Positions 17,146 to 25,067 of a DNA stretch of 25,067 bases are shown here, in pieces. The translations under genes and the position numbers were made by a program. The notes under the pieces were generated by a model. It had not been told where the DNA came from. It ran no database searches and was given only the letters and a program-made list of their open reading frames with translations. Positions within the stretch are counted from its first letter, which is position 1, and every line of letters begins with the position of its first letter. The stretch comes from Candidatus Sumerlaeales bacterium (GTDB lineage: Bacteria; Sumerlaeota; Sumerlaeia; Sumerlaeales; Sumerlaeaceae), in contig JBBSQY010000048.1 of NCBI GenBank assembly GCA_038243585.1, forward strand, positions 1 to 25,067, given 5' to 3'.

Positions 17146-19929
17146 ATGTTAGACACCGCCACAAAACGCCGCATCGATACCGCACGCGATATATTAGTGG
17201 GCAAAGTGCCCGACCCGAAATCCCAGGTTGAGCAGATCACTATCGCGCTCATTTACAAGTTCATGGACGACATGGACACCGAATCCGCAGAACTCGGCGG
17301 AGAGCGGAGTTTCTTCGTAGGCGAGTTTGCCCGTTACGGCTGGACGAAGATGATGGGTGCCCGGCTTGGCGGCCATGAGCTGCTCGCGCTCTATTCCGAG
17401 GGTATCACCAAAATGACGGAGAACCCCGGCCTCCCCCTGCTATTCCGCGACATCTTCAAAAACGCCTACCTGCCCTACCGCGACCCGGAAACCCTCAAAG
17501 CGTTTCTCAAGATCATAGATGAATTCACCTACGACCATTCCGAACGTCTCGGCGATGCTTTCGAATACCTGCTCTCCGTGCTGGGCTCCCAGGGAGACGC
17601 AGGCCAGTTCCGCACCCCCCGCCACATCATCGATTTCATGGTGTCGATTATCGATCCGAAAAAGAACGAAACAATTCTAGACCCCGCCTGCGGCACCGCC
17701 GGATTTCTCATCTCCGCGTACAAACATGTTCTTCGTGCGAACAGTTCGCCGGACGCCGTGGAACAGGTCGGCGGAGACGGCGAAGCCGCCCTGCACATAT
17801 CAAAAATCCCGACGGCCCGGGGTGACCTTCTCACCCCCGATGACCGCGAGCGCCTGGCCGGCAACATCAAAGGCTACGACATCTCGCCCGACATGATCCG
17901 CCTGTCTCTGGTCAATCTGTACCTCCACGGCATCAACGATCCCCACATATTTGAATACGACACCCTGACCAGCGACGACCGCTGGAACGACTACGCCGAC
18001 GTAATCCTGGCGAACCCGCCCTTCATGTCGCCGAAAGGCGGCATACGCCCCCACAACCGTTTTTCCGTCCAGTCCAAACGCAGCGAAGTGCTGTTCGTTG
18101 ACTACATGGCGGAACACCTCACGCCAAACGGACGGGCCGCGATCATCGTTCCTGAAGGCATCATCTTCCAGAGCCAGAACGCGTATAAGCAGCTACGGAA
18201 AATGCTCGTGGAAGAGTACCTCGTCGCCGTCGTATCCCTGCCCGCCGGCGTGTTTAATCCGTATTCCGGCGTGAAAACGTCGATCCTCATCCTCGACAAA
18301 TCGCTGGCGAAGCAGTCCGACACCGTAGGGTTTTTCAAGGTAGAGAACGACGGCTTTGGCCTGGGCGCGCAGCGCCGCGAGATAAAGGGCGAACAGCTTA
18401 CCGAAACCGCCGCCGAGATTGCCGAGTATCTCCGCAGACTACAAACACAGGAGTCGGTGGAAGATTTCTCGCCGGCGCTTGGGCTGATTGTGCCGAAGGA
18501 GAAGGTTGCCGCGAACGGGGATTATAATCTGAGCGCGGAGCGGTACCGGGAGTACGCGACCAACAGTTCCACATTTCCTCTGATGCGCCTCGAACAAGTG
18601 TTCACAGAGATCAGAAATGGCGTGAATGTTACTCAGTTGGACCAGGAAGCCAATTTTCGAGTTTCACGGATTCAGACAATCTCCGATGGTTCGATCAATC
18701 TCGCAAAAACCAAGTTTACAAATGACGCGGTAAAACCCGAATTTTTTCTCAAATGGGGCGACATTCTCCTTAGCCACATTAACAGTATTGACCACCTAGG
18801 AAAGACGGCAATTTTTTTGAACAATGACGAGTCTGTTGTTCACGGAATCAACTTAATCAGGTTGCAACCAGACATTTCTCAAATTGATCCTCTTTTTGCT
18901 ATTCGGGTCTTTAAGACAAAGCGGTTCATAGATAATGTGAAGTCGTTCGCACAGAAGGCGGTAAATCAAGCAAGCGTAAAGACGTCAGATTTAAGAGCTA
19001 TAGAAATTCCCCTGCCGCCGTTGGAGGTGCAGAAGGAGATCGTGGCGGAGATCGAGGGATACCAGAAGGTCATCGACGGAGCCCGCGCCGTCCTCGACCA
19101 CTACCGCCCCCACATCCCCATCAATCCCGAATGGCCGATGGTGCAGGTGAAAGATGTTTGCCGGGTTAATCCACAAAAATCAGAAATCCGCAATCTCGAG
19201 GAGAACACAACAGTATCGTTTGTACCTATGGCAGATCTGGGCATGAACTGTGTAGATTTCACATTACAGCAGTCAAAAACACTGTCCGAAGTGGGAGCAA
19301 GCTACACGTATTTCTGTGAAAATGACGTACTTGTAGCCAAAGTAACTCCATGCTTCGAAAATGGAAAAGCAGGTATTGCTAGAGGGCTCAAGAACGGCAT
19401 CGGCTTCGGATCTAGTGAGTTTATAGTTCTTCGACCGCTGGAACACACACTTGCCGAGTGGGTTTTTGGCTTTATAACTACACCGGCGTTTAGGATCACG
19501 GCTACAGCGAAGATGACGGGAACTGGAGGTTTGCAGCGCGTGCCTCGGGAAGTATTTGAAACGTACAAAATTCCCCTCCCGCCCATGGAAACCCAGCGTC
19601 AGATCGTCGCCGAGATCGAAGCGGAGCAGCAACTGGTCGGGGCCAACCGCGAGCTTATCGAGCGGATGGAGAAGAAGATCGCCGCCGCCATCGCCCGCGT
19701 CTGGGGCGAGGAACCGGCGGGCGAGCAAGAGACGTTACAATTATCACCACTCAACCAGCCCGACCCCGAACAAGCCGAAGAACTACCAATCGCCTGCGAG
19801 ACCCCTGGGAAATATGGAAGAGATCAGGATTCCGTAACTGGCCATAAATGCCCACCTGTTATTGAGCAAGCGGGGGCTGGAAGAGCTAAAATAAAAATGG
19901 CGGAACAAGGAGAGCAGATTGAAACGTAG
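17146..19929 (+). CDS. hsdM: Fused type I N6-adenine methyltransferase and specificity subunit (HsdM-HsdS, two TRDs)
   Basis: HsdM motifs GQFRTPRHII, DPACGTAGFL (motif I), ANPPF (motif IV) and IVPEGIIF, ending YNLSAERY. These are followed in frame by TRD1 (~18574-19005), IPLPPLEVQKEIVAEIE, TRD2 (~19132-19569) and IPLPPMETQRQIVAEIE. Confidence 0.9.
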   Translation: MLDTATKRRIDTARDILVGKVPDPKSQVEQITIALIYKFMDDMDTESAELGGERSFFVGEFARYGWTKMMGARLGGHELLALYSEGITKMTENPGLPLLFRDIFKNAYLPYRDPETLKAFLKIIDEFTYDHSERLGDAFEYLLSVLGSQGDAGQFRTPRHIIDFMVSIIDPKKNETILDPACGTAGFLISAYKHVLRANSSPDAVEQVGGDGEAALHISKIPTARGDLLTPDDRERLAGNIKGYDISPDMIRLSLVNLYLHGINDPHIFEYDTLTSDDRWNDYADVILANPPFMSPKGGIRPHNRFSVQSKRSEVLFVDYMAEHLTPNGRAAIIVPEGIIFQSQNAYKQLRKMLVEEYLVAVVSLPAGVFNPYSGVKTSILILDKSLAKQSDTVGFFKVENDGFGLGAQRREIKGEQLTETAAEIAEYLRRLQTQESVEDFSPALGLIVPKEKVAANGDYNLSAERYREYATNSSTFPLMRLEQVFTEIRNGVNVTQLDQEANFRVSRIQTISDGSINLAKTKFTNDAVKPEFFLKWGDILLSHINSIDHLGKTAIFLNNDESVVHGINLIRLQPDISQIDPLFAIRVFKTKRFIDNVKSFAQKAVNQASVKTSDLRAIEIPLPPLEVQKEIVAEIEGYQKVIDGARAVLDHYRPHIPINPEWPMVQVKDVCRVNPQKSEIRNLEENTTVSFVPMADLGMNCVDFTLQQSKTLSEVGASYTYFCENDVLVAKVTPCFENGKAGIARGLKNGIGFGSSEFIVLRPLEHTLAEWVFGFITTPAFRITATAKMTGTGGLQRVPREVFETYKIPLPPMETQRQIVAEIEAEQQLVGANRELIERMEKKIAAAIARVWGEEPAGEQETLQLSPLNQPDPEQAEELPIACETPGKYGRDQDSVTGHKCPPVIEQAGAGRAKIKMAEQGEQIET

Positions 19930-21877
19930 TGTGGAAGAGCTGTTAAACCAGTTAAATTCCTGCGGTGAAGATAGTCGCATTGAGGCAAAGACCGGTCGTC
20001 AAATAGGGCCATCAATTCTGGAAACTGTTTCGGCCTTTGCGAACGAACCCGGCTTGGATGGAGGATGGCTTCTGCTGGGCGTTTCTAATCAGGAGAACAA
20101 TACGCTTTTTCCGGTCTATGAACCTATCGGCTTGACGAATCCCGAAAAAATACAGGAAGACCTAGTATCTCAGTGCAGCACCATGTTTAACCGGCCCCTC
20201 CGCCCCGAAGTCTGGATAGAAATTATTAATGGCACGCCGGTTATCGGCGTATATGTAGCGGAACGTCCATTCGGTGAAAAACCATTACACCTTAAAAAAT
20301 TGGGACTTCCTGGAGGTGCCTACCGTCGCATTGGCACCTCCGACGTTAAATGTAATTCCGATGATCTTCTTATTTTCCATAACGACAACCAGGGTCAAAG
20401 TTTTGACAGCACCATACTTAGTGATGCATTAATGACCGATATTGATCCTGATCTGCTGCACGAATATAGAATTCTACGGGCACGAGTAAATCCAAATGCG
20501 CCGGAACTTAGCTATTCGGACGAGGATTTGCTTTTTTCATTAATTTGCGCGAAACGGCAAGGTGATCAACTACAGCCAACGGTAGCTGGAATTGTTCTTT
20601 TTGGATCGGCTATGGCTCTGCGACGGCTTTTCCCGATGATGCGTGTGGACTACATTCGTGTTCAGGGCAAGGAATGGGTGGCGGACCCGGATCGACGCTT
20701 TAATACAACAGAAATTCGTGCCCCATTATTACGTGCAATTCCTCGAATAGCAGCAGCCGTACTGGATGACATACCAAAAGCTTTTTCTTTGCCCGCCGGT
20801 AGTATTGAAAAGACTGAAACGCCTCTGGTGCCCGAACGGGTAATTCGTGAGGCTGTGGTTAACGCGCTAATGCACGGAAGCTATCGCCTCAATACTCCAA
20901 TTCAAATAATACGGTATTCTAACAGGTTGGAAATCCGGAATGCTGGGCATTCTTTAAAGGCTGAGGATCGCCTCGGAGAACCTGGCTCCCAACATAGAAA
21001 TCCGTTCATTGCGGCTGTTCTAAATGAAACGCCCTTTGCTGAGACTAAAGGCAGTGGAATTGGGGCTATGCGCTCACTGATGAAAAGTGCCGGACTTGCC
21101 TTGCCGACTTTTCAGTCGGACCGAGAAAACGATAATTTTACTGCTACGTTTCTTTTCACGCATCTGCTGGGCCCAGACAGTGTCGAATGGCTTGGAAAGT
21201 TTCGGGCTGATCATCTGACGGATGATCAGGCACGGGCCCTTGTATTTGTGCGGGAGGCCGGCGGTATAAGCAATGCGCAGTACCGCGACATTAGTCAGGT
21301 CGATGCCAGTGCCGCCAGACAACACCTTAAAAAGCTATGTGCTTTGGATTTACTCGAACAGCAGGGTCACGGATCGGCGACGGTTTATATTCCCACAGCA
21401 AAGTTTCATGCTGATTCCCGTAGTTTCGTCAGTGAACCTGGCAGGTTCAGCGACGAACCTGGCAGGTTGGAAGTTGAACCTGCCAGGTCGAGCGACGAAC
21501 CTGACAGGTTAGAGCCGGAACCTATCAGGTTACAATCCGAAGCAGAAAGTTTAGTGGGAGGGAAGAAGCCGGAGATAAAATTTGAATTATTGCCGCCACA
21601 CCTGCAAGCGGCATTGAAAGCATTTCGTAAAACTAGGAACTTAGAGAAGACACGACGGATGATTAAAGATTTGTGTGCATGGCAGGTGATGAAAGCTCGT
21701 GATCTTGCGGTTCTTTTGAACCGCAACAGAAGCGCCTTGTTGCAGGAACATCTAAAGCCAATGATCATAACTAAAGAACTGGAATATGTGTTTCCAGAAA
21801 ATTTGGCCCATCCCCAACAGGCATATCAGGTTCCTCGATACACAAGGGAAAGTACGGATTCAGTTAAGGGGGAATAG
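19919..21877 (+). CDS. Schlafen/AlbA_2 domain, HATPase_c_4-like domain and winged-HTH protein
   Basis: N-terminal E-DSRI-EAK, ETVSAFANEPGLDGGWLLLGV and AYRRIGTSD (AlbA_2). IREAVVNALMHGSY, RLEIRNAG, RNPFIA and ETKGSGI (HATPase_c_4-like). HTH ISNAQYRDI...ARQHLKKL and C-terminal HLKPMI...HPQQAY. The TTG start overlaps the hsdM-S end by 11 nt. Confidence 0.85.
   Translation: MKRSVEELLNQLNSCGEDSRIEAKTGRQIGPSILETVSAFANEPGLDGGWLLLGVSNQENNTLFPVYEPIGLTNPEKIQEDLVSQCSTMFNRPLRPEVWIEIINGTPVIGVYVAERPFGEKPLHLKKLGLPGGAYRRIGTSDVKCNSDDLLIFHNDNQGQSFDSTILSDALMTDIDPDLLHEYRILRARVNPNAPELSYSDEDLLFSLICAKRQGDQLQPTVAGIVLFGSAMALRRLFPMMRVDYIRVQGKEWVADPDRRFNTTEIRAPLLRAIPRIAAAVLDDIPKAFSLPAGSIEKTETPLVPERVIREAVVNALMHGSYRLNTPIQIIRYSNRLEIRNAGHSLKAEDRLGEPGSQHRNPFIAAVLNETPFAETKGSGIGAMRSLMKSAGLALPTFQSDRENDNFTATFLFTHLLGPDSVEWLGKFRADHLTDDQARALVFVREAGGISNAQYRDISQVDASAARQHLKKLCALDLLEQQGHGSATVYIPTAKFHADSRSFVSEPGRFSDEPGRLEVEPARSSDEPDRLEPEPIRLQSEAESLVGGKKPEIKFELLPPHLQAALKAFRKTRNLEKTRRMIKDLCAWQVMKARDLAVLLNRNRSALLQEHLKPMIITKELEYVFPENLAHPQQAYQVPRYTRESTDSVKGE
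21434..21532. repeat. Five 21-bp-period tandem units, each with palindromic core GAACCTGNCAGGTT(C)
   Basis: Cores start at 21434 (GAACCTGGCAGGTTC), 21455 (GAACCTGGCAGGTTG), 21476 (GAACCTGCCAGGTCG), 21497 (GAACCTGACAGGTTA) and 21518 (GAACCTATCAGGTTA). They encode EPxR heptads. Confidence 0.9.
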
Positions 21878-22351
21878 GTATTTCTAAACTCACGACAAAA
21901 GATGAAAAAAAGATGGAAGCTCGCCTTAAAGACATCAATCGTTGATCGCCTGACCGCGCAATGTGGTTAAATTTTCGTAGACTGCTGCAAAGGCGCAGCG
22001 CCCAAAAGGGAAATCCCCACTTTTCCCTGTTAAGACCCCGTGCGGGAATACCCCACGGAAACGGCCATCGCTTAAGTTCCCTTGATTCCACCCGGACCCT
22101 TAAGGACAAACGACCATGACGAGCACACCGCCAGGCTACACCCTTCACAAGGTGCCAAACCAATTAACTCCAATTAATTCGCCGCATAAACGACTGACAC
22201 TAAAAGACTTAAAAATAATTAATTCCCTAATAGATGGGTCTAAAGGTCTCAAAACAAACGACTTACAGCATTTGCGCTTAAAAAAAATAAATGCACCCAA
22301 TCCCAGGAATTGCAGGATCATAGCCGACCCACTACACCTGTTAGAGTTACC

Positions 22352-22385
22352 ATGGTTCAGGCACAATATCTTGTGCTTGAACCAT
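22352..22385. repeat. 15-bp inverted repeat upstream of the smc promoter
   Basis: ATGGTTCAGGCACAA-TATC-TTGTGCTTGAACCAT, with one G-T mismatch. Confidence 0.7.
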
Positions 22386-22392
22386 AAAACCC

Positions 22393-22421
22393 TTGCCACA
22401 CCCGCATCTTTTGGCTATCTC
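22393..22421 (+). promoter_or_regulatory. Possible sigma70 promoter of smc
   Basis: TTGCCA-N17-TATCTC about 50 nt upstream of the smc ATG. Confidence 0.35.
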
Positions 22422-22469
22422 CTTTTATCAACAGGTTCACCGGCCCACCGGGTGTGCGAGAGGTAGATT

Positions 22470-25067
22470 ATGCAGTTTTTCAAGCGACTCGAAATCCATG
22501 GTTTTAAGAGCTTCGGCAATAAGACCGTTATTGATTTTCATCCCGGCATTACCGTGATCGTCGGCCCGAACGGGTGCGGCAAGTCTAACGTGTTCGACTC
22601 CATCCGCTGGGTGCTGGGCGAGCAGAGCGCCAAGAGCCTGCGCGGGAGTCGCATGGGCGACGTGATTTTCAGCGGTTCCGGCAGCATGAAGGCGCTGGGG
22701 ATGGCGCGGGTGACCCTTACCCTCAACAACCGCGGCCGCACCCTGCCCGTGGACTTCGACGAAGTGGAAATCAGCCGCCGCCTGTTTCGCACCGGCGAGA
22801 GCGAGTACGTCCTCAACAAGCAGCAGTGTCGCCTCAAAGACATCATTAACCAGTTTCTGGACACGGGCATCGGCACAGACAGCTATAGCGTCATGGAGCA
22901 GGGTAAGGTGGACGCCATCATCAACAGCCGTCCCCTGGAACGCCGCGCGATCTTCGACGAAGCCGCCGGTATCTCCAAGTATAAAGCCCGCAAACACGAG
23001 GCGATGCTGAAGCTGAACCGCACCGACGACGATCTGCTGCGCCTGACCGACATCATCAATGAAGTGCGCCGCCAGGCAAACGGACTTAAGCGACAGGCGA
23101 GCAAGGCGGAGCGGTATAAGCAGCTGACGGCGGAACTGCGCACCCTGGAGATGGAACTCCTGGTTCGTCGCTATTTCCAGTTTCGCACCAGCAGCCAGGA
23201 GAGCGAGGCACATTACCAGGAGCTTTCCGGCCGGGTAAAAGCCTACCGCGATGAGCTTAAAGCCATCGAAGAAGAACAGCTTAGCTATCGTTATAAAGTC
23301 GAAGAAGTGCAGCAGACCCTGCAAGATAATCAGGCGCTGAATTTCGAGCTGAACACCGACCTGCAGGAAGCCCAGGGCGAGATCGCGCTGCTGCGTCAGC
23401 GCACTGAGAACAACGGTGAGCGCCGCGCTTCGCTGGAGCGGCAGATTGCGGAATTTCTGGAAAACGCCACAACCCTGGAGACCACAGAATCAGAAACCCG
23501 CGAAGCGCTGGAGCGCCAGGAGGCGGAACTGGAAGCCCTTCGCGCCCAGCACGCCGAGCGCCAGGCGACCTATGAAGCGCTGAAAGGCGACAGCGACACC
23601 AACGCAGAATCCATGACGCGCCTGCGGCAGCAGATAACCCAGGCCACCCGCGCCCGCATGGAAAAAGATAACGAAGTACGAGTGGCGCGGGTGATGGAAG
23701 AGAAGCTGACCGATGAGCTGGGCCAGGGCGACGCCGAACTGGCGACTCTCCAGGAGCAGCTTTCCTCCCTGGAAAAGGACCGCACGAACCTCCGCAACAC
23801 CATGGAATTCTCCGAAGGGGAACGGGAACGCCTGACCGGCGAAGCGGCATCTGCCCGGGAAAGTTTTCGCGCCCGCGAGCTGGAACTTTTCAACCAGACC
23901 AGCGACATGGACAATGCACGGCGCCAGGCCCAGGAATGTCAGAGCCGGCACGACGCACTGTCGGATTTACAGGCGAGCTTCGAGGGCTACTATCGCGGCG
24001 TAAAAGAAGTTATGACGGCGGGCCAGAAAGGTAAGCTCAGCGGTCTCGTTGGCGTGGTGACGACGCTGATCGAGGCCCGGCGCGAGCATGAAATGGCCAT
24101 CGAAGTGGCGCTGGGTGGCCAGGCCCAGGATATTATTGTAGAAACGGCGGATCAGGCAAAGGCGGCGATTCGGTGGCTGAAAGAAAGTCGCGTCGGCCGG
24201 GCAACATTTCTCCCCCTTGATCTTATAGAAGGCCGCGAAAACAATCAAAATCTTCACAAGATCATGGGCGAAAAGGGCGTCATTGGATTCGCGACTGATC
24301 TCGTGAAATTTGATCCGCGCCTGAAAAACGTTGTTCAGCATCTCCTGGGCAACGTCGTTGTGGTCGAAAATCTTGACGTGGCGATCGCGCTGGAGCGGCG
24401 TGGGGTGCGCACGCGCTATGTGACTCTTGAGGGGGAAATGGTGGCCGCCAGCGGCGCCATGACCGGCGGCAACATGAAGATCGCCGGCCTGCTGAATCGT
24501 ACCCGCGAGGTAAAAGAACTGGCGGATCGCCTGAAGCAGTTTCGCATCAATGAAAAGCAGCTTATCGAAAAAGTGGCGTCGCTAAAAGTAGACGTAGTGG
24601 CGCTGAAAGAGAAGAGCGAAAACCTCGCTCGCCAGGCCCAGGCGCAGGAGCTTGAAGCCGCCCGCGCCCGCAAAGATTTTGAGGCCATCGACCACCGCGC
24701 CACCGAAAAGGCGCAGCAGTTCGCGCGGGTTGACCAGCGTCGGGCGTCCATGGAAAAGGATATTTCCGGCCACCGCCAGCGCCAGCAGGAAGGTTCTGCG
24801 CTGCTCACTCAACTTGTTGCCCGTGCGGAGGAGCTGGAACTGGAGCTTCTCGCCATTGAAGAAGGGGCCACTGTCAGGCAGCAGGAGGTGGCCGAGGCGG
24901 GCAGACTGGCCAACGAAACGATGCTTACTTTGACTACAGGTGTCGAGCGCGCCCGCAGCCTGCGCGAACGCATGGAAAACAGCCGGGTCGAGGCATCGCG
25001 CCTGAAAGCGGCCGCAGAAGGTCGTCGGACCGAAATAGCGGCGCTGGAGGCATCTCTCGGCGAAGCC
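22470..25067 (+). CDS. smc: Chromosome segregation protein SMC (5' part, runs off the window end)
   Basis: Not in the ORF track, consistent with there being no in-frame stop in the window. RBS GAGAGG, then MQFFKRLEIHGFKSFGNKT...IVGPNGCGKSNVFDSIRWVLGEQSAKSLRGSRMGDVIFSG, YSVMEQGKVD, FDEAAGISKYK, a coiled coil, and in-frame hinge motifs (FEGYYRGVK, AIEVALGG, GRATFLPL, VTLEGE...GAMTGG). Confidence 0.96.
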   Translation, partial: MQFFKRLEIHGFKSFGNKTVIDFHPGITVIVGPNGCGKSNVFDSIRWVLGEQSAKSLRGSRMGDVIFSGSGSMKALGMARVTLTLNNRGRTLPVDFDEVEISRRLFRTGESEYVLNKQQCRLKDIINQFLDTGIGTDSYSVMEQGKVDAIINSRPLERRAIFDEAAGISKYKARKHEAMLKLNRTDDDLLRLTDIINEVRRQANGLKRQASKAERYKQLTAELRTLEMELLVRRYFQFRTSSQESEAHYQELSGRVKAYRDELKAIEEEQLSYRYKVEEVQQTLQDNQALNFELNTDLQEAQGEIALLRQRTENNGERRASLERQIAEFLENATTLETTESETREALERQEAELEALRAQHAERQATYEALKGDSDTNAESMTRLRQQITQATRARMEKDNEVRVARVMEEKLTDELGQGDAELATLQEQLSSLEKDRTNLRNTMEFSEGERERLTGEAASARESFRARELELFNQTSDMDNARRQAQECQSRHDALSDLQASFEGYYRGVKEVMTAGQKGKLSGLVGVVTTLIEARREHEMAIEVALGGQAQDIIVETADQAKAAIRWLKESRVGRATFLPLDLIEGRENNQNLHKIMGEKGVIGFATDLVKFDPRLKNVVQHLLGNVVVVENLDVAIALERRGVRTRYVTLEGEMVAASGAMTGGNMKIAGLLNRTREVKELADRLKQFRINEKQLIEKVASLKVDVVALKEKSENLARQAQAQELEAARARKDFEAIDHRATEKAQQFARVDQRRASMEKDISGHRQRQQEGSALLTQLVARAEELELELLAIEEGATVRQQEVAEAGRLANETMLTLTTGVERARSLRERMENSRVEASRLKAAAEGRRTEIAALEASLGEA

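Noticed and set aside
21434..21532. Palindromic repeats considered as a mini CRISPR array
   Set aside because: Repeats are about 15 bp with ~6-bp linkers, in frame inside a CDS, and there are no cas genes or leader.
21868..21945. Short frame GIGISKLTTKDEKKMEARLKDINR* after the Schlafen-like gene, as a possible gene remnant
   Set aside because: It looks protein-like but is too short to assign without a search.
22116..22466. 116-aa ORF in the islet-smc intergenic region
   Set aside because: It has no recognisable domain and runs through AT-rich repeats, a palindrome and the likely smc promoter. An AAGGA does lie upstream, so it cannot be wholly excluded.
14434..22469. RM islet as an integrative mobile element
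   Set aside because: No integrase, transposase, tRNA target or flanking direct repeats were found by eye.
22437..24933. Several long ORFs over smc (for example 22437-23324 minus, 295 aa)
   Set aside because: Antisense or alternative-frame shadows of smc, which occupies the plus strand from 22470.
22470..25067. SMC next to RM genes as a Wadjet/JetC-type defence component
   Set aside because: The sequence matches canonical housekeeping SMC (GFKSF, GPNGCGKSN, WVLGEQSAKSLRG, hinge), and no jetA, jetB or jetD genes precede it.

Overview
A GC-rich bacterial chromosomal segment, mostly housekeeping genes. In order: the 3' end of a GT-B/GT4-like glycosyltransferase, glnE, a cluster of GTAG-type REP-like palindromes, rplA (minus strand, with its own L1-binding leader and terminator but no adjacent rplK or rplJ), a TPR lipoprotein with a Thr/Ser-rich tail, pckA, an orphan 4xPAS histidine kinase, a small membrane protein, metG, an Fsr-like MFS transporter, a three-gene defence islet, and the 5' part of smc. 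The defence islet encodes a type I HsdR, a fused HsdM-HsdS with two TRDs, and an overlapping Schlafen/AlbA_2-HATPase-HTH gene. The most notable observations are: (1) the RM-coupled Schlafen-like gene, which contains a 21-bp-period array of the palindrome GAACCTGNCAGGTTC; (2) a 70-aa segment immediately before the KMSKS motif of MetRS; (3) rplA outside its usual operon but with its autoregulatory site; (4) REP-like elements, one of which supplies the glnE stop codon. All family assignments come from motif recognition by eye; no database searches were run. No rRNA, tRNA, CRISPR array, integrase or transposase was seen.
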